Origin: Candidatus Omnitrophota bacterium | GTDB taxonomy: Bacteria; Omnitrophota; Omnitrophia; Omnitrophales; JACQQS01 | Direction: 5' to 3' | DNA length: 64,000 bases | Assembly: GCA_016206925.1 (NCBI GenBank) | Contig: JACQQS010000017.1 | Location: 2,393 to 66,392, forward strand | Part shown: in pieces, positions 47,055 to 56,795 of the stretch | Layout: every line of letters begins with the position of its first letter | Numbering within the stretch: position 1 is the first letter of the stretch | Made by a program: the position numbers and the translations under genes | The notes under the pieces: model-generated | The model's input: only the letters and a program-made list of their open reading frames with translations | The model's database searches: none | Told to the model about the DNA's origin: nothing

Positions 47055-47531
47055 ATGAGCCAAGCAAAAGAAAAATCAACAAACCTCTACCCGGCAGGTA
47101 TCACTTCCCGAATGGGCACAAACGCTGAATTCAGCATCAAACGGCAGGTATTTTTCTGTTACGGCCACCGCCTTCGCGACTACGCCGGGCCGTGCAAAAA
47201 TCTGCACGGTCATAATGCCAAAGTAGAAATTGAGCTGGCCAGCAAGCAGCTTGACCGTAAGGGCATGGTCGCTGACTTTATAGACGTCGGCCGAATTATG
47301 AAAAACTGGATCGACAAAACATTCGATCACAAACTTCTGCTGCGTCAAGACGACCCGCTCATCCCCATTCTTAAAGAGCAGGGCGAACCCCTATTCATCA
47401 TGGAGCAGAACCCTACCGCCGAGCATATTGCTCAGCTCATTTTTGAGTACGCAACCACTCAGGGACTGCCTGTCGTATCCGTGACGTTCTGGGAAACAGA
47501 ACACGCCGCCGCCACGTATTCGAATCCCTAA
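47055..47531 (+). CDS. queD: 6-carboxy-tetrahydropterin synthase / 6-pyruvoyl-tetrahydropterin synthase family
   Basis: CKNLHGHNAKVEIEL and FDHKLLL motifs. The start may be the M at 47112. Confidence 0.75.
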   Translation: MSQAKEKSTNLYPAGITSRMGTNAEFSIKRQVFFCYGHRLRDYAGPCKNLHGHNAKVEIELASKQLDRKGMVADFIDVGRIMKNWIDKTFDHKLLLRQDDPLIPILKEQGEPLFIMEQNPTAEHIAQLIFEYATTQGLPVVSVTFWETEHAAATYSNP

Positions 47532-47571
47532 CAAACCTGCGTTTTACAGTAAGTATCGAGTATCCGGCAGG

Positions 47572-48681
47572 TTATCCAAACATCAATGAATAAACTTCGC
47601 TGTCGGCGGATAAAAAACTGATCTCTACCGTGTATTCGTCATAGACATCCCGGGTATCCACCAATTCATAAAGGCGCGGATAGTCTATCTCCACATAGCT
47701 TCTGCCATCCCTGAACCAAACGTCCTTTCCATAATTCAGCGTTGTGAGCGGCTCGCCGTCCAGCCGTACTTCTGCACGCAGACGTGAGTTATGGAGCGAG
47801 CCCAAAACCGCATATACCCGGCTGGCTTCGAACCGCAGCAAGAGCTTCCCTCCCCGGCCCCGGAGCAGCGCTCTTTCCTTTTGAATTTCCCAATCGCCCA
47901 CTAAATAGAAATGATTGATCTGGAGCGTCACATCCGCCGAATAGGCCTGAACGGCACCCGTCAAAACAGGCTCCGGACTGCCGAAGTGGCTCAGTTCGTC
48001 AAAGCCGGTTAAAATTTGCGGTGTTCCGATACGTGAAAAATCGACTTCAGGCTGAAGGGGTTCTAACGCAGCGGGGACAACCGCCCCGGTTTCGATGAGA
48101 AGATCTTGCAGGCGTACTTCTATCTGGTCGTAATCAACTTCCCCCACAAAAATTTCCCGGATAATACCCCGATGATCAACCAAATAAAATGTGGGCCAAG
48201 CCCTGTTCCGATACGCCGTCCATATCCGAAAATCATTATCCAGAACTACCGGATGGAGAATGACCTGTGTAGAAATTGCGGTTTCAACCCGCTGAGCATC
48301 CTTTTCAAACGTAAACTGCGGGGCATGGACCCCGATCACCTCAAGCCCCAGCAGCGAATACTTCTGATACCAGCGGTTAACAATTTTCAGTGCGCGGATA
48401 GCATTTATCGAAGAAGATGACCAGAAATAAAGTAAGGTTGGTTTCCTTTCGAATACCGATCCCGGCGGCACATTGATCCACACCGCATCCGGCGCAAAGC
48501 GGGGGGCAGGCGTACCTACCAGAGAGAGTTCGCTCGTCTCCTTGGACTCAAGCCGGCAGGAGATACATAAAATAGAAAGGACAACAAGCAAAAATACTGA
48601 CTTTGAAATATTTATTCGCACAACCGTATTAGAAAAGACTGGTTGGAAACTGGGAAGCTGCCGATTTTTCTTTAGGAACAA
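47572..48681 (-). CDS. lipoprotein with a DipZ-C-terminal-like thioredoxin fold that lacks the CxxC cysteines, plus a C-terminal beta-rich domain
   Basis: LLYFWSSSSINAIRALKIVNRWYQKYSLLGLEVIGVHAPQFTFEKD matches the FW(T/A)YSCINC...GVHTPEF family pattern, with Ser/Ala where the Cys residues should be. Lipobox LCISC. Confidence 0.65.
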   Translation of the reverse strand: MFLKKNRQLPSFQPVFSNTVVRINISKSVFLLVVLSILCISCRLESKETSELSLVGTPAPRFAPDAVWINVPPGSVFERKPTLLYFWSSSSINAIRALKIVNRWYQKYSLLGLEVIGVHAPQFTFEKDAQRVETAISTQVILHPVVLDNDFRIWTAYRNRAWPTFYLVDHRGIIREIFVGEVDYDQIEVRLQDLLIETGAVVPAALEPLQPEVDFSRIGTPQILTGFDELSHFGSPEPVLTGAVQAYSADVTLQINHFYLVGDWEIQKERALLRGRGGKLLLRFEASRVYAVLGSLHNSRLRAEVRLDGEPLTTLNYGKDVWFRDGRSYVEIDYPRLYELVDTRDVYDEYTVEISFLSADSEVYSLMFG

Positions 48682-49234
48682 CGCCGCCCCAGCTCACGGG
48701 AACTTCATGAATTTGAAAATCCTTTATCGAGCGGAAAAACACCCTTCCATGCTCCGATCCATAGTCATATATGTCTTTCGTCAAACGCACATCATTCCTG
48801 CAGTACTCAATTAAATCCTGCATCTTACCTTCCCGAAAAAGGCGCACGGCATCCAATCCGTGGCCTGTCTTACGTTCGTTGAATGTCGCTTCCGCAATGC
48901 TTTGAAGAGTTACGCGATGGCCGCGCACACGTTCAATTTCCTCCAACAAATCCAAAATGGGAAATTGATCAGCCGGGGTAAATAAATAATTTTGCAGAAC
49001 CGCAAAATCAAAGGAACGAATATTGAATCCGACGATTAGCCCCGCTGCTCGAAGCGCCTCCTCCAGCTGAAACATCTCATGCTCGAGGAAAGAGGTGTAT
49101 CCGCCCGTACCATAGTTATAGATACAGACAACGGAGACGCACAGACGCCCGAGATTTCGTTTTCCGCCTACATCCGCAAAGGTATTTTGCGTTTCAAGAT
49201 CTAGAACGAGCGTAGGTCCTGGGCGATCGACCAT
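48629..49234 (-). CDS. RNase H-like / DEDD-type 3'-5' exonuclease domain protein
   Basis: LVLDLETQN (Exo I), GFNIRSFDFAVL (Exo II) and YCRNDVRLTKDIY (Exo III). Confidence 0.65.
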   Translation of the reverse strand: MVDRPGPTLVLDLETQNTFADVGGKRNLGRLCVSVVCIYNYGTGGYTSFLEHEMFQLEEALRAAGLIVGFNIRSFDFAVLQNYLFTPADQFPILDLLEEIERVRGHRVTLQSIAEATFNERKTGHGLDAVRLFREGKMQDLIEYCRNDVRLTKDIYDYGSEHGRVFFRSIKDFQIHEVPVSWGGVVPKEKSAASQFPTSLF

Positions 49235-49434
49235 TAGCGCTGCTTTTGAAGCTGGGTATGCTTGGCTGTCAGAAAAACGATTGATACGGTTTCGATAATG
49301 GCAAGCGAGAAAGGATCCTTAAGCATTTTTCCCTTGCAAAAAAGGAAGTCGATGACCAAACACGGCCCCCAAACCAGCCCATGGGAAACCGCCAAAAGCC
49401 AAAGCCAGTAATAAATTCGTTCGAATCCGCTCAA
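49234..49434 (-). CDS. small two-helix membrane protein (hypothetical)
   Basis: 66 aa and hydrophobic. Its stop overlaps the exonuclease start codon. Support is weak. Confidence 0.35.
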   Translation of the reverse strand: MSGFERIYYWLWLLAVSHGLVWGPCLVIDFLFCKGKMLKDPFSLAIIETVSIVFLTAKHTQLQKQR

Positions 49435-49564
49435 GGTAGAATTTACTGTAACATGAATCAGGTCAAGTATCTATAGAAAATAATTTTAAAATCACTAAAA
49501 TAAGTCGCCCGAATTTGCCGCAACGCACTGCCCATGTTAAGCTTATCTTTAGGAGGAAAAAACC

Positions 49565-50542
49565 ATGGAGTCTCGTGGTGTGCTCATTTCGATTCTTTGC
49601 GGAGTACTCCTTTTTACCTCCGGTTGTGCGGACAAGAAATCCCGTCTCCTCAGCACTAATATCCCACTAAACATGTATGACCTCGAAGAAATCCGTTCCG
49701 GCGCCGACTCACACAAAGAATTAATAAAAACACAAAAACTGATAGACCACGCGGAAATAAACGCTTACATCTCGGATGTCGGCCGCAAGCTCGCCTCGGT
49801 AAGTGAACGGCCGCATATGCCCTGGCAATTTTTTCTGATCGATAACGACAGTACTTGCGAAGCATACGCCCTCCCCGGCGGATATATCTATTTGTCTTCA
49901 GGACTTTTCCGTTTTATACAATCAGAAGCCGAACTGGCCGCCGTCCTCGCGCACGAAGTCGGGCATACCAGCGCATACCGTTATCAAAAACGGGAAGAAT
50001 CCAAAAAAGTAAGGTTTGGCCGGCTGGCAAAAATGGGAGCAGGTGCGGCGGGCGGTGCTATCGGGGGACCGGCGGGAGGTGCGGCGAGCAGTATTCTTTC
50101 GGGTATTGAAATGAGTTCGCCCTACATCAAACAACAGTTCAGCAAAAATGCCGAAGCCGAAGCCGACGGCCGCGCCATGCAATATTTGCAGCATCTCGGT
50201 TATCCGTCCGGAGCTGTGGTGAGCTACAACAAAAGACTTGCTTCAATACCCATTGATTCTCTGCCCGTCTTTATCCACTTCTTCAACGCTCATCCGCCGT
50301 CCGACTATCGGGTTCAAAAAGCAGTCGAAAATCTCGAAGAGATTTCCAAGAGCACTGATGCTTCGGTCGCCCCCTACACTACAGACCGTCATTATGAGAT
50401 GGTTCAAGAATTGGTCAAGATGAAGGGGGAATCGGGAAAGAAAAGTTTGATCGATAAGATATTAAGCCCGCCCGAGGATAAACCAAATGAAACAGCAGGA
50501 TCTGTGATAAATATTCCCAACCCTGCCGTACTAAAGAACTGA
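49565..50542 (+). CDS. M48 family zinc metallopeptidase lipoprotein
   Basis: Lipobox LFTSGC. HEVGH zinc motif with downstream EAEAD. Gly-rich linker. Confidence 0.8.
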   Translation: MESRGVLISILCGVLLFTSGCADKKSRLLSTNIPLNMYDLEEIRSGADSHKELIKTQKLIDHAEINAYISDVGRKLASVSERPHMPWQFFLIDNDSTCEAYALPGGYIYLSSGLFRFIQSEAELAAVLAHEVGHTSAYRYQKREESKKVRFGRLAKMGAGAAGGAIGGPAGGAASSILSGIEMSSPYIKQQFSKNAEAEADGRAMQYLQHLGYPSGAVVSYNKRLASIPIDSLPVFIHFFNAHPPSDYRVQKAVENLEEISKSTDASVAPYTTDRHYEMVQELVKMKGESGKKSLIDKILSPPEDKPNETAGSVINIPNPAVLKN

Positions 50543-50556
50543 ATTTCTTCCGGATT

Positions 50557-50856
50557 TTAATGAGGTTTGCGGGGAGTCTCTTTTGGATCTCGAGGCGTAA
50601 CTTTAGGATTATTCTTAAACTGGGCCGACAACTCCGCATTGATCTTACCCCATTCCGATCCTTCTTCCCCTGTGGGCAAAATAGCATCAACAGGGCACTC
50701 GGGCTGGCACAGGCCGCAATCGATGCACACTTCCGGATCGATTATCATGAAAGCCTCGCCTTTATAATTTCCGGGATGAATGCAATCTACCGGACAGACG
50801 TCAACACAGGACGCGTATTGTTCGCCCAAACATTTCTCTCCAATAATGTATGCCAT
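50557..50856 (-). CDS. ferredoxin (FdxA-like 7Fe/8Fe type)
   Basis: CLGEQYASCVDVCPVDCI and CIDCGLCQPECP. Confidence 0.85.
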   Translation of the reverse strand: MAYIIGEKCLGEQYASCVDVCPVDCIHPGNYKGEAFMIIDPEVCIDCGLCQPECPVDAILPTGEEGSEWGKINAELSAQFKNNPKVTPRDPKETPRKPH

Positions 50857-51043
50857 TTATGAATCTCCCCTATAGAATTCGTATCGTAGTAATCACAACA
50901 AGGCGGTATTATAGCAAAATTCCTTGATCATCAAAGTGAAATATTACCGCCAAAAATTGCTATTGCCATTCCTTTGTATTGGGCTATACTAAAATTTCTT
51001 TTTCGGCAAACTATCTTCCCAAGTTACAAAAAAGGAGCTTACC

Positions 51044-51850
51044 GTGGAACAGACGACTCAAAATAAATGGGCGCTCATCCTCGGAGCGTCTAGTGGATTT
51101 GGAGCAGCTGTATCGAGAGAGCTGGCTAGAAACGGCTTTAACATTCTCGGTATTCATCTTGACCGCAAAAATACGCTGCCTCTGGCTGAACAGGTAAAGC
51201 AGGATGTAATGAAATCGGGAAGAGAAGCCCTTTTTATCAACATGAATGCTTCGGACGAAGAGAAGAGAAAAGAAGCGCTCGACAGTTTTGAAGCGCACGT
51301 AGGTTCAGGGGAAAAGGATACCTGCGTTAAGCTTGTTTTACATTCCCTGGCTTTTGGCACACTCAAACCCTTTATCGCCGAAAACCCCGCGGACTGCGTC
51401 ACAAAAGCGCAAATGGACATGACGCTGGACGTCATGGCCAACAGTTTGGTCTACTGGGTGCAGGACCTAGCGCTCCGTAGGCTAATCGGCAGAGGTTCGC
51501 GCGTATTTGCCATGACCAGCGCCGGGAGCCAGCGTGTGTGGAAAACGTACGGAGCCGTGTCCGCAGCCAAGGCGGCGCTGGAATCCCACATTCGCCAGCT
51601 TGCTTTAGAATTGGCGCCACTCGGTGTAACTTGTAACGCTATTTTGGCAGGCGTGACCGATACACCGGCCCTCCGCAAGATCCCGGGCTATGAGATTATG
51701 ATCAAAACGGCGGCTGAAAGAAATCCGTTTAAGCGCCTCACGACGCCCGAAGATATCGCGAAAGCTCTTGTTGCCTTTTCCAATTCGTCAACCGAGTGGA
51801 TGACGGCAAATACGATTCGTATCGACGGCGGAGAAACGGTCGTCGATTAA
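51044..51850 (+). CDS. short-chain dehydrogenase/reductase (enoyl-ACP reductase-like)
   Basis: GTG start with RBS AAAAGGAG. Nucleotide-binding GASSGFG and catalytic YGAVSAAK. Confidence 0.7.
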   Translation: MEQTTQNKWALILGASSGFGAAVSRELARNGFNILGIHLDRKNTLPLAEQVKQDVMKSGREALFINMNASDEEKRKEALDSFEAHVGSGEKDTCVKLVLHSLAFGTLKPFIAENPADCVTKAQMDMTLDVMANSLVYWVQDLALRRLIGRGSRVFAMTSAGSQRVWKTYGAVSAAKAALESHIRQLALELAPLGVTCNAILAGVTDTPALRKIPGYEIMIKTAAERNPFKRLTTPEDIAKALVAFSNSSTEWMTANTIRIDGGETVVD

Positions 51851-51927
51851 TCAATAGAAAACCCCGCTCCGATAAAATAAAATCGGAACGGGGTTTTGTA
51901 TATTTTCGGAAAATATGTTCCGTGTTA

Positions 51928-52314
51928 TTAGGCTGTCCCGCCACCGCCCGCCGGTTTTCCAAGTGACATGCCCGTTAAAGGACAGGGTTTGTAGTTGGCA
52001 AAGCCGTTAAACTTGGGGAAAATAGAACCGCCCACATCAAACGCGGCTCTCCCGAGACGATCAAGGCCGTCTTGAAAACCACGAAGCAGGCCCGTTACCG
52101 GTATCGCCCAGGAAGGGTTGTCCTGATATTCCTTAACAGGTCCCATCAATACATCGAACGGCGAAACAACGGCATTCGCAGTGCCGCGAATAATCATTCC
52201 CGGCACTTTTTCGATATAGCTGTCCGAATTTGCCCAGTCCGACATAACGTCACCTGCCAGCGCAGGAGCGGCAAGAAATACCACAACCAACAAACCTATG
52301 GTAAAAGCTTTCAA
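51928..52314 (-). CDS. small secreted protein of unknown function
   Basis: Signal peptide MKAFTIGLLVVVFLAAPALA. Two RG/G-rich repeats. C-terminal Gly-rich tail. Confidence 0.5.
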   Translation of the reverse strand: MKAFTIGLLVVVFLAAPALAGDVMSDWANSDSYIEKVPGMIIRGTANAVVSPFDVLMGPVKEYQDNPSWAIPVTGLLRGFQDGLDRLGRAAFDVGGSIFPKFNGFANYKPCPLTGMSLGKPAGGGGTA

Positions 52315-52442
52315 ACTACACCTCCCCCTTAATTTGTATATAAGTTTTAGTCTGACATCGTTACCATCGGCATAGGGCTTACCATACTTTAGCCGGTCTA
52401 TTTTTGAAATTTTATGAGGGAGGAAGGGGTCGAAAAGCGAAA

Positions 52443-53684
52443 CTAAGCTGCTAAACAGCTGAAAACTTCAGCCGGAGAATAGCCCCGGAGTTCAAGAAAC
52501 CGCAACATCACTTCTTCCAGAACGCGGTTGGGTGTGGAGGCGCCGGAAGTAACGCCTAAGGAAACGGGCTCTTTCGTCATCCAATTCTGATCGATACTTG
52601 GATTCTGACCCAGCGGTTTATGTCTGATCTGTTCCTTCGAAATGAGGTCCGTAGCATCCTGAACATGATAAGCAGGACACTTCTCGATCGCCATTTCAAG
52701 AAGGTGGGAAGTATTGCTGCTATTGTAACCACCGATAACCAAAAATAAGCTGATGTTTTCTTGAGCTCTCAGGCGGAGTAATGCGTCCTGACGATCTTGG
52801 GTAGCGCGGCAAATGGTATCAAATGAGCGGAACCGTTCGCCGGCCCTATCCTCGCCATACCGCTTCACGATGGCATTCTGAAGCATTTCAGCAATTTCCA
52901 TGGATTCCGAAGCAAGCATGGTCGTCTGATTTGCAACACCGATCTGTTCTAGGTCCTTGTCCGGATCAAAACCCCGGCTCATAGCGCCGTCAAACTCCTG
53001 AAGAAATTCCGAACTTTTACCACCTGTTGCAATATACTTGCAGACCAATTCCGCTTGTCCTTTATCACGAACGATCACGTATTTTGCTCCGGGTGCGATC
53101 AGCACACGGGAACTTGTCGCGCGTGTTTCTTCATGATTGAATTTACCGTGAATAACGGCGGTAAAACCTTCCTCGGCATACTTCTCAACACGTTTCCATA
53201 CATGAACGACTGAACCGCAGGTGGTATCGACCAGGACGCAACCCCGGTCACGCAGCCTTTTCTCAAGAACCGTGGTAGTTCCAAAAGCGGGAATAATGAC
53301 AACATCTTCAGGATTCAAATCATCGATAGCTACCTTTCCGGCATAGGCGCCTGAAAGAAACTGGATTCCGATCTCCATCAGCTCATGATTAACACGGGGA
53401 TTGTGAATAATCTCATCGGTTAGAAAAATCCGCCGGTCAGGAAAATGCTTCCGGGTCTCATAAGCGAAATCAATGGCCTTGTCCACGCCGTAGCAAAATC
53501 CGAATTCTTCCGCCAAATAAATCCGCACATCTCCGATAGTGAGCGTGTTTCCGTGGCTGCGTAAATGCGCCACCATACGGCTATCGTTATAGCGGCGATT
53601 AAGCTCTTCGGCGACATCCTTCTTTAAGCCAAAACCGTGCTTATAGACCTGTGCTGCCGCTGGATTTGCAGGGGGGTTAGACAT
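52443..53684 (-). CDS. ispH: 4-hydroxy-3-methylbut-2-enyl diphosphate reductase (long form)
   Basis: FGFCYGVDKAI, DTTCGSVVHVWK and VIGGYNSSNTSHL. An alternative TTG start lies at 53720. Confidence 0.9.
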   Translation of the reverse strand: MSNPPANPAAAQVYKHGFGLKKDVAEELNRRYNDSRMVAHLRSHGNTLTIGDVRIYLAEEFGFCYGVDKAIDFAYETRKHFPDRRIFLTDEIIHNPRVNHELMEIGIQFLSGAYAGKVAIDDLNPEDVVIIPAFGTTTVLEKRLRDRGCVLVDTTCGSVVHVWKRVEKYAEEGFTAVIHGKFNHEETRATSSRVLIAPGAKYVIVRDKGQAELVCKYIATGGKSSEFLQEFDGAMSRGFDPDKDLEQIGVANQTTMLASESMEIAEMLQNAIVKRYGEDRAGERFRSFDTICRATQDRQDALLRLRAQENISLFLVIGGYNSSNTSHLLEMAIEKCPAYHVQDATDLISKEQIRHKPLGQNPSIDQNWMTKEPVSLGVTSGASTPNRVLEEVMLRFLELRGYSPAEVFSCLAA

Positions 53685-53820
53685 GGCGCCTATATTACTG
53701 GGAAAGTTAAGGGGCGTCAATTACTAGACTTAAGCCAAATTCTCTTAAAATGCCCGGACAATTTCCTGTTGTCTCGTGGCAAAGCTTTTCTCTATAATGT
53801 GCCTGCTTTGAGGAGAGCCG

Positions 53821-54249
53821 GTGAACAAAAACATTCTCGGAAAAATAGCGACATTTTTTGACGACCTCAAGTACTTTTTATATGTAAATTCAGCGCGGTC
53901 TTTACCGGCTTTCTTTGTATTCGTAGGCACGCCCGCCAGAAAGGAAGAAACGCCCCCTATTCGCGAACTTTCTTTGTCAGAACAATGGTTTGGGCTCAAG
54001 GCTTACACGCTGAGCTCAACCCCTTTTGTCCGCCTCCTCGGCTGGGCGGCGGTAACCACACTTTCGCTAGCTATATTTCTTGTTGTCTGCCTGACGGTCT
54101 CAAGGTTAAGCACCCTATGGGATCTTTGGTTTGAGGCCATCAGACGCCCGGACACGGAATCTGCTGTCCAGCGTTTTCTGCGCATATTGTCCTTCTGGCT
54201 TATCGTGGCAGGAATCGCAGCGTGGCTTCTCTGTAAAATCATAACTTAG
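53821..54249 (+). CDS. hypothetical membrane protein
   Basis: GTG start with RBS GGAGAG. Two to three hydrophobic helices. No recognisable motif. Confidence 0.4.
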   Translation: MNKNILGKIATFFDDLKYFLYVNSARSLPAFFVFVGTPARKEETPPIRELSLSEQWFGLKAYTLSSTPFVRLLGWAAVTTLSLAIFLVVCLTVSRLSTLWDLWFEAIRRPDTESAVQRFLRILSFWLIVAGIAAWLLCKIIT

Positions 54250-54272
54250 CAATTTGACTCCCCCCGGGGAGG

Positions 54273-54647
54273 TTATTCCTTGGAATCGGGACTGTCGTTC
54301 CGCTCCAAATAGCGGAATATGAGCTGCTGGGCATAAGGTGATTGTTCTTTGGGAACCACGATTCCTAGGCCCGGTGGAGTCGTGCCGGCGATATTTTTCT
54401 TGGCCTGCTCAAAAACGGTCACAGCGATGTTTTCCTCTTCGAGCCTCATCTGCAGAAACATGGCTTCTTCGCGTGAAGCGGTCTCGAAAATCTGAACCCA
54501 GATCTCGCCCGGCTTTAGCTTTTTCTTTTTCCATGACCGTACCGGTGAAACCGGGGCGCCGGAGCTTGGAAGGCGGCTCCTGCTCATCCAACGAAAAAGA
54601 TAAGCGAGCAACAAAAAGCTTATGGCTAAAGCGGCAAGTCTGGTCAT
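54273..54647 (-). CDS. membrane-anchored DUF2007-like small protein
   Basis: N-terminal TM helix, then IWVQIFETASREEAMFLQMRLEEENIAV, which resembles the DUF2007 fold signature. Confidence 0.45.
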   Translation of the reverse strand: MTRLAALAISFLLLAYLFRWMSRSRLPSSGAPVSPVRSWKKKKLKPGEIWVQIFETASREEAMFLQMRLEEENIAVTVFEQAKKNIAGTTPPGLGIVVPKEQSPYAQQLIFRYLERNDSPDSKE

Positions 54648-55477
54648 GGCGTTAAGGTCAGAATTTCCTCCTCCGAACCGGTATCCTCCAAAGTACTTAA
54701 TTCTCTCAGTTTCTCATACGAAGTGCGGTGAATAGGAGTCGTTCCATACATTTTAAGCGCTTCCCAATGCGCTTCCGTTCCATATCCTTTATGCCTGGCA
54801 AAACCGTATTCAGGATAAGCTTCGCCATATTCTTCCATCAAGCCATCGCGATGAACTTTTGCCACAATAGAGCCCGCCGCGATAGAGAAATCAAGCGCGT
54901 CACCCTTGACGAAATAATTATGCGGAATCTCCAGGTTCGGAACCGGACGTCCGTCTAATAATACATGCTCGGGAACAACTGTCAAGTTTGAAACGGCCCG
55001 CCGCATGGCTTCCTGCCCCGCACGAAAAATATTTAATCGGGCAATTTCATCGACATCCACCGATCCGATACCCACCGCAAGCGCTTCACCGCGAATTCGC
55101 TCATTCAACACGTATCTTTTCACCGCGGTCAGTTTTTTCGAATCATTCAAACCCATAAGTTTTTTAATATCCACATCGGGCGGAAAGACAACCGCAGCCG
55201 CCACCACCGGCCCGGCCAATGCACCCAAACCAACTTCATCAGCTCCGGCAATATACTTGACGCCCCTTGCCCATAAAATCTGTTCAAAATAAAGCAATTT
55301 GGAAAGTCTAAGGACTTCAGATCTTGCCGAGCGTCTTCCGAGAAGCAGCTTTTGAAATGCGCGATCTCCCAGCGTCCCGCAAATGCCGCGCTCACCTTGA
55401 AAGAGCATCGGGGGTGGGCAGTGAGGATTGGTCATTTTTTCCGATCTTTTCAATTCGCGGATTTTACGCTTTTTCAT
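54644..55477 (-). CDS. rnhB: ribonuclease HII
   Basis: AGADEVGLGALAGPVV and NDSKKL motifs. ATG at 55477 (alternative 55435). The ORF-track start at 55642 overlaps the upstream gene. Confidence 0.85.
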   Translation of the reverse strand: MKKRKIRELKRSEKMTNPHCPPPMLFQGERGICGTLGDRAFQKLLLGRRSARSEVLRLSKLLYFEQILWARGVKYIAGADEVGLGALAGPVVAAAVVFPPDVDIKKLMGLNDSKKLTAVKRYVLNERIRGEALAVGIGSVDVDEIARLNIFRAGQEAMRRAVSNLTVVPEHVLLDGRPVPNLEIPHNYFVKGDALDFSIAAGSIVAKVHRDGLMEEYGEAYPEYGFARHKGYGTEAHWEALKMYGTTPIHRTSYEKLRELSTLEDTGSEEEILTLTP

Positions 55478-56750
55478 GTGTTGCCATTGCGCGATTTGAA
55501 AACGGTGATTTTTGCCATCCAAACATCGTGGAATGGAGGCTTCCGAACTCCGCAACGCGTATGATTCTCTTATTTCTCCAGCGCTCTGAACGATCCGCGT
55601 TCGTAAGGGCCAACCCCTGAAAAACCCCCTGATGCTGATCAAATAAATTCTCCAGCTCGGTTACATTCGAAAACGGCCGAACCGTAACCAGACGGCCGGC
55701 GAGAGGCTCATCAATATTTAGTCCCGGTTCAAAGAGAATCGTGTAACGGCCGCGCAAATCCGACTCTTGAAATACATCCTCGCCCAACAATTCTTTAATC
55801 AGCCATTTGTTGCGCCTTGAACGGGTCATACCGCCCTCCTTGGCTGTCAGCCTCCCCAAGGGATACTGATCTTCAAACTCCCTAAGCGCCTTAGCCAAAG
55901 CGCAAGCAAATTCTTTGGGAGAAAACTCGCCGCCTTCTTCCACAAATATCGTTTGAAGGCTCAGGCACCCGCGCTGGTCATAAATGGATACATCCAAAGC
56001 GGCTTTCCACGCCAGCGCGGTGAGATCTTTTTGCTTCGCCCATTCCTTTTCAATAACGCCGACCGAAAAGCCCGGCCCATACACATCCAGCGTCACATGG
56101 CGCGGCGCAAGCAACTTTATCCGCCCCGCCGTTTCCTGCGTGCCGTAAACAATAAGCCGGTCGACGCCTGAAACCAGCGCATCTTCGAGCCCGCTTTCGC
56201 CGCCCTTCCAGCACACAAGCGACACATACTGACGAAAGCGGTGATCCACATCACCCAGCGTTTCCACAACGAGCAGCGGGAACACCGGACTCCTTGACGA
56301 AGCCTTAACAATGCTGACATTGCCCACGATTATTTCAAAAAGCAGGCTCTCCACGCTTGCCGCCAGGACATTGCTCGGCAAAATATGTCCGACCAGCTGG
56401 GAATTTTCGCCGGAATATCTTTCCTGGAGATCTCTAAGCGCGTCTCTTTTTATGGAACGGAAAAAGAGATCGAGACACATTTCGATCATGGGCATAGATA
56501 AGGAAACACTTTCGGACAAAAGGAGTCTTGCCTTTTTCCGCCAAGGCGAATGGGGATTCCGCCATCTGAGGGCCCAGTCGGAAATAAGCCTGTTTCTTTC
56601 GGCGGGAGGAATTAAATCCCCGGCATGGATGGCAATTCTTCTGCCTTCCGCAGCCAATTCACGCAAAAATTCCGGAGAGATCGAGCCCTCACCTGTCGAG
56701 AACTTAACGCAGGGCCATATGTGCTTTTGAAATATAGATGCCTTAAACAT
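55464..56750 (-). CDS. LuxC-like acyl-CoA (acyl-protein) reductase
   Basis: 428 aa with an aldehyde-dehydrogenase-like fold signature. Size and adjacency to a LuxE-like gene fit. The call is by family resemblance only. Confidence 0.55.
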   Translation of the reverse strand: MFKASIFQKHIWPCVKFSTGEGSISPEFLRELAAEGRRIAIHAGDLIPPAERNRLISDWALRWRNPHSPWRKKARLLLSESVSLSMPMIEMCLDLFFRSIKRDALRDLQERYSGENSQLVGHILPSNVLAASVESLLFEIIVGNVSIVKASSRSPVFPLLVVETLGDVDHRFRQYVSLVCWKGGESGLEDALVSGVDRLIVYGTQETAGRIKLLAPRHVTLDVYGPGFSVGVIEKEWAKQKDLTALAWKAALDVSIYDQRGCLSLQTIFVEEGGEFSPKEFACALAKALREFEDQYPLGRLTAKEGGMTRSRRNKWLIKELLGEDVFQESDLRGRYTILFEPGLNIDEPLAGRLVTVRPFSNVTELENLFDQHQGVFQGLALTNADRSERWRNKRIIRVAEFGSLHSTMFGWQKSPFSNRAMATHEKA

Positions 56751-56795
56751 AGTCAGGACGATCTACGTGACTTGTTCCATTACATGTCATGCAAA

